DNA of 64,000 nucleotides from Escherichia coli (GTDB lineage Bacteria; Pseudomonadota; Gammaproteobacteria; Enterobacterales; Enterobacteriaceae): NCBI RefSeq assembly GCF_022846255.1, contig NZ_AP025682.1; one strand, 5' to 3'. Shown piece by piece: positions 62,541 to 64,000 of this stretch (position 1 is its first letter; each line of letters starts with the position of its first letter). The notes under the pieces were generated by a model. It saw only the letters and a program-made list of their open reading frames with translations, ran no database searches and was not told where the DNA came from. The position numbers and the translations under genes were made by a program.

Positions 62541-64000
62541 TTATACCGTAAACCCTAACATCATCCCCGTATCTTCATGCTCCAGCAGATGGCAGTGCGC
62601 CATATAAGCATGTTCTTTCGGTGCATCGTGATTAAACTTCACCAGCACTTCGCTGACATTACCTTCTACCTTAACGGTATCTTTCCAGCCTGCGCGATGC
62701 GTCGCTGGCGGTTTGCCATTTTCTGACAAGATACGGAACTGCGTACCGTGGATATGGAACGGATGCAGCATCATGTCGCCCACGCCAGAGATAACCCAAC
62801 GTTCGTACTGCCCTTTCGCCGCCGCAAACATCGGCTTATTCATATCAAACGCCTGACCGTTGATTTTGTTGGCATGGTGGAAATCAAACTTCCCGCTGTG
62901 GTTCATATGATTCATATTGCCGTGCCCCATATGGCCCATCATCTGGCTGTGATCCATCCCGGCCATCGCCTGATCGCCATATTTCTCCATCAGCATCTGC
63001 ATCCCCATCATATCGAGCATTGGGTCCATAGAAAGTTGCAGCTTGCGTACCGTCAGCCCCTCCAGCGAAGGTAACGCAGGCAGGCTACTTAATGTGTCTG
63101 GCAAAGCACCAGAGGCACTAATGGCAATCGGCTGAATCCGCATTACCGGATGCGGCTTGTCAAACGGCGCAATCGCCATCCCCATCTGGCTGACCGGCAG
63201 CGTCACCAGGTCAAAGGGTTTGTTGTCGTTAACCTCCACCAGCACTTCAAAACGCTCGCCCATCAGCACTGGCAGCTCGTTCACCTTCACCGGTTCAGGT
63301 AGCAGACCGCCGTCGCTGGCAATCACATAAAGCGGGCGATTGTCGCTGGTGGCGAAATTGAGCGAGCGGGCATTACAGCCATTGAGCAAACGCAGGCGCA
63401 GCCAGCCACGCGGGGCAGCGTGTTGCGGGTAGATTGCACCGTTGGTCAGCAACGTATCGCCAAACCAACCCACAGCGGCGGTCATCACATCCAGTTGATA
63501 ATCAATCTGCCCGTCAGCGTTAAATTTTTTATCCTGAACAATCACCGGGACATCATCAATACCCCACTGTTTTGGCAGCATTAATTTCAGGATCTCGTCA
63601 TCTTCAATCACCACCAAACCAGCCAGCCCCATCGCCACCTGACGTCCGGTCTTGCCATGTTGATGTGGATGGAACCAGCAGGTAGCGGCAGGTTGATCAA
63701 CGTTCAACGTCACCGAGCGCTTGCCACCTGGCGGAATAATTCCCTGCGGGCCGCCGTCCACTTCACCCGGTACTTCCAGCCCGTGCCAGTGCAACGTCGT
63801 CTCTTCCGTCAGTTGGTTGTAGATATCAACCGTTACCGCTTTGCCACGCTGTAATTTCACCGCCGGCCCCAGCAGATTGCCGTTATAGCCCCAGGTAGTT
63901 GCGGTTTTCCCGCCAAAGGTGGACTGACCTGCGCCAATAGTTAACTGAATGCGATTACGGGCATCGGTCGTGAGCAAATCAGGGATTGGTAACGTTGGGC
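62541..64000 (-). CDS. cueO: multicopper oxidase CueO, C-terminal part (N-terminus and Tat signal lie beyond the right window edge)
   Basis: Reverse-strand ORF ...[46 protein letters not shown] ... [18 protein letters not shown] with Met-rich insert ([38 protein letters not shown]); the track start is an internal alternative start codon. Confidence 0.92.
   Translation of the reverse strand, partial: PTLPIPDLLTTDARNRIQLTIGAGQSTFGGKTATTWGYNGNLLGPAVKLQRGKAVTVDIYNQLTEETTLHWHGLEVPGEVDGGPQGIIPPGGKRSVTLNVDQPAATCWFHPHQHGKTGRQVAMGLAGLVVIEDDEILKLMLPKQWGIDDVPVIVQDKKFNADGQIDYQLDVMTAAVGWFGDTLLTNGAIYPQHAAPRGWLRLRLLNGCNARSLNFATSDNRPLYVIASDGGLLPEPVKVNELPVLMGERFEVLVEVNDNKPFDLVTLPVSQMGMAIAPFDKPHPVMRIQPIAISASGALPDTLSSLPALPSLEGLTVRKLQLSMDPMLDMMGMQMLMEKYGDQAMAGMDHSQMMGHMGHGNMNHMNHSGKFDFHHANKINGQAFDMNKPMFAAAKGQYERWVISGVGDMMLHPFHIHGTQFRILSENGKPPATHRAGWKDTVKVEGNVSEVLVKFNHDAPKEHAYMAHCHLLEHEDTGMMLGFTV

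Overview
This 64 kb window reads as a conserved Escherichia coli-type core chromosome segment, and I do not see convincing evidence for a previously undescribed system in it. Gene order is collinear with the K-12 lpxD-to-cueO interval in inverted orientation, with 56 protein-coding genes packed at typical density (lpxD and cueO are cut by the window edges). Every large ORF translates to a protein I recognise by sequence. I found no rRNA, tRNA, CRISPR array, IS element, integrase or prophage gene. The only accessory-like block is the AT-rich yad chaperone-usher fimbrial operon (yadN-yadV-htrE-yadM-yadL-yadK-yadC, about 43.9-51.5 kb) between folK and panB. Comparison with K-12 is from memory, not alignment; on that basis the strain appears non-K-12, with a divergent FhuA loop region, a divergent folK 3' end and different lengths for some yad proteins. 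The loci I would look at again are the yad island and its upstream inverted repeat, the FhuA variant, rpnC (yadD), and the poorly characterised yadG-yadH-yadI-yadE cluster. CDS coordinates are taken from the ORF track with starts adjusted in frame; coordinates of non-coding features were counted by hand and may be off by 1-2 bp.
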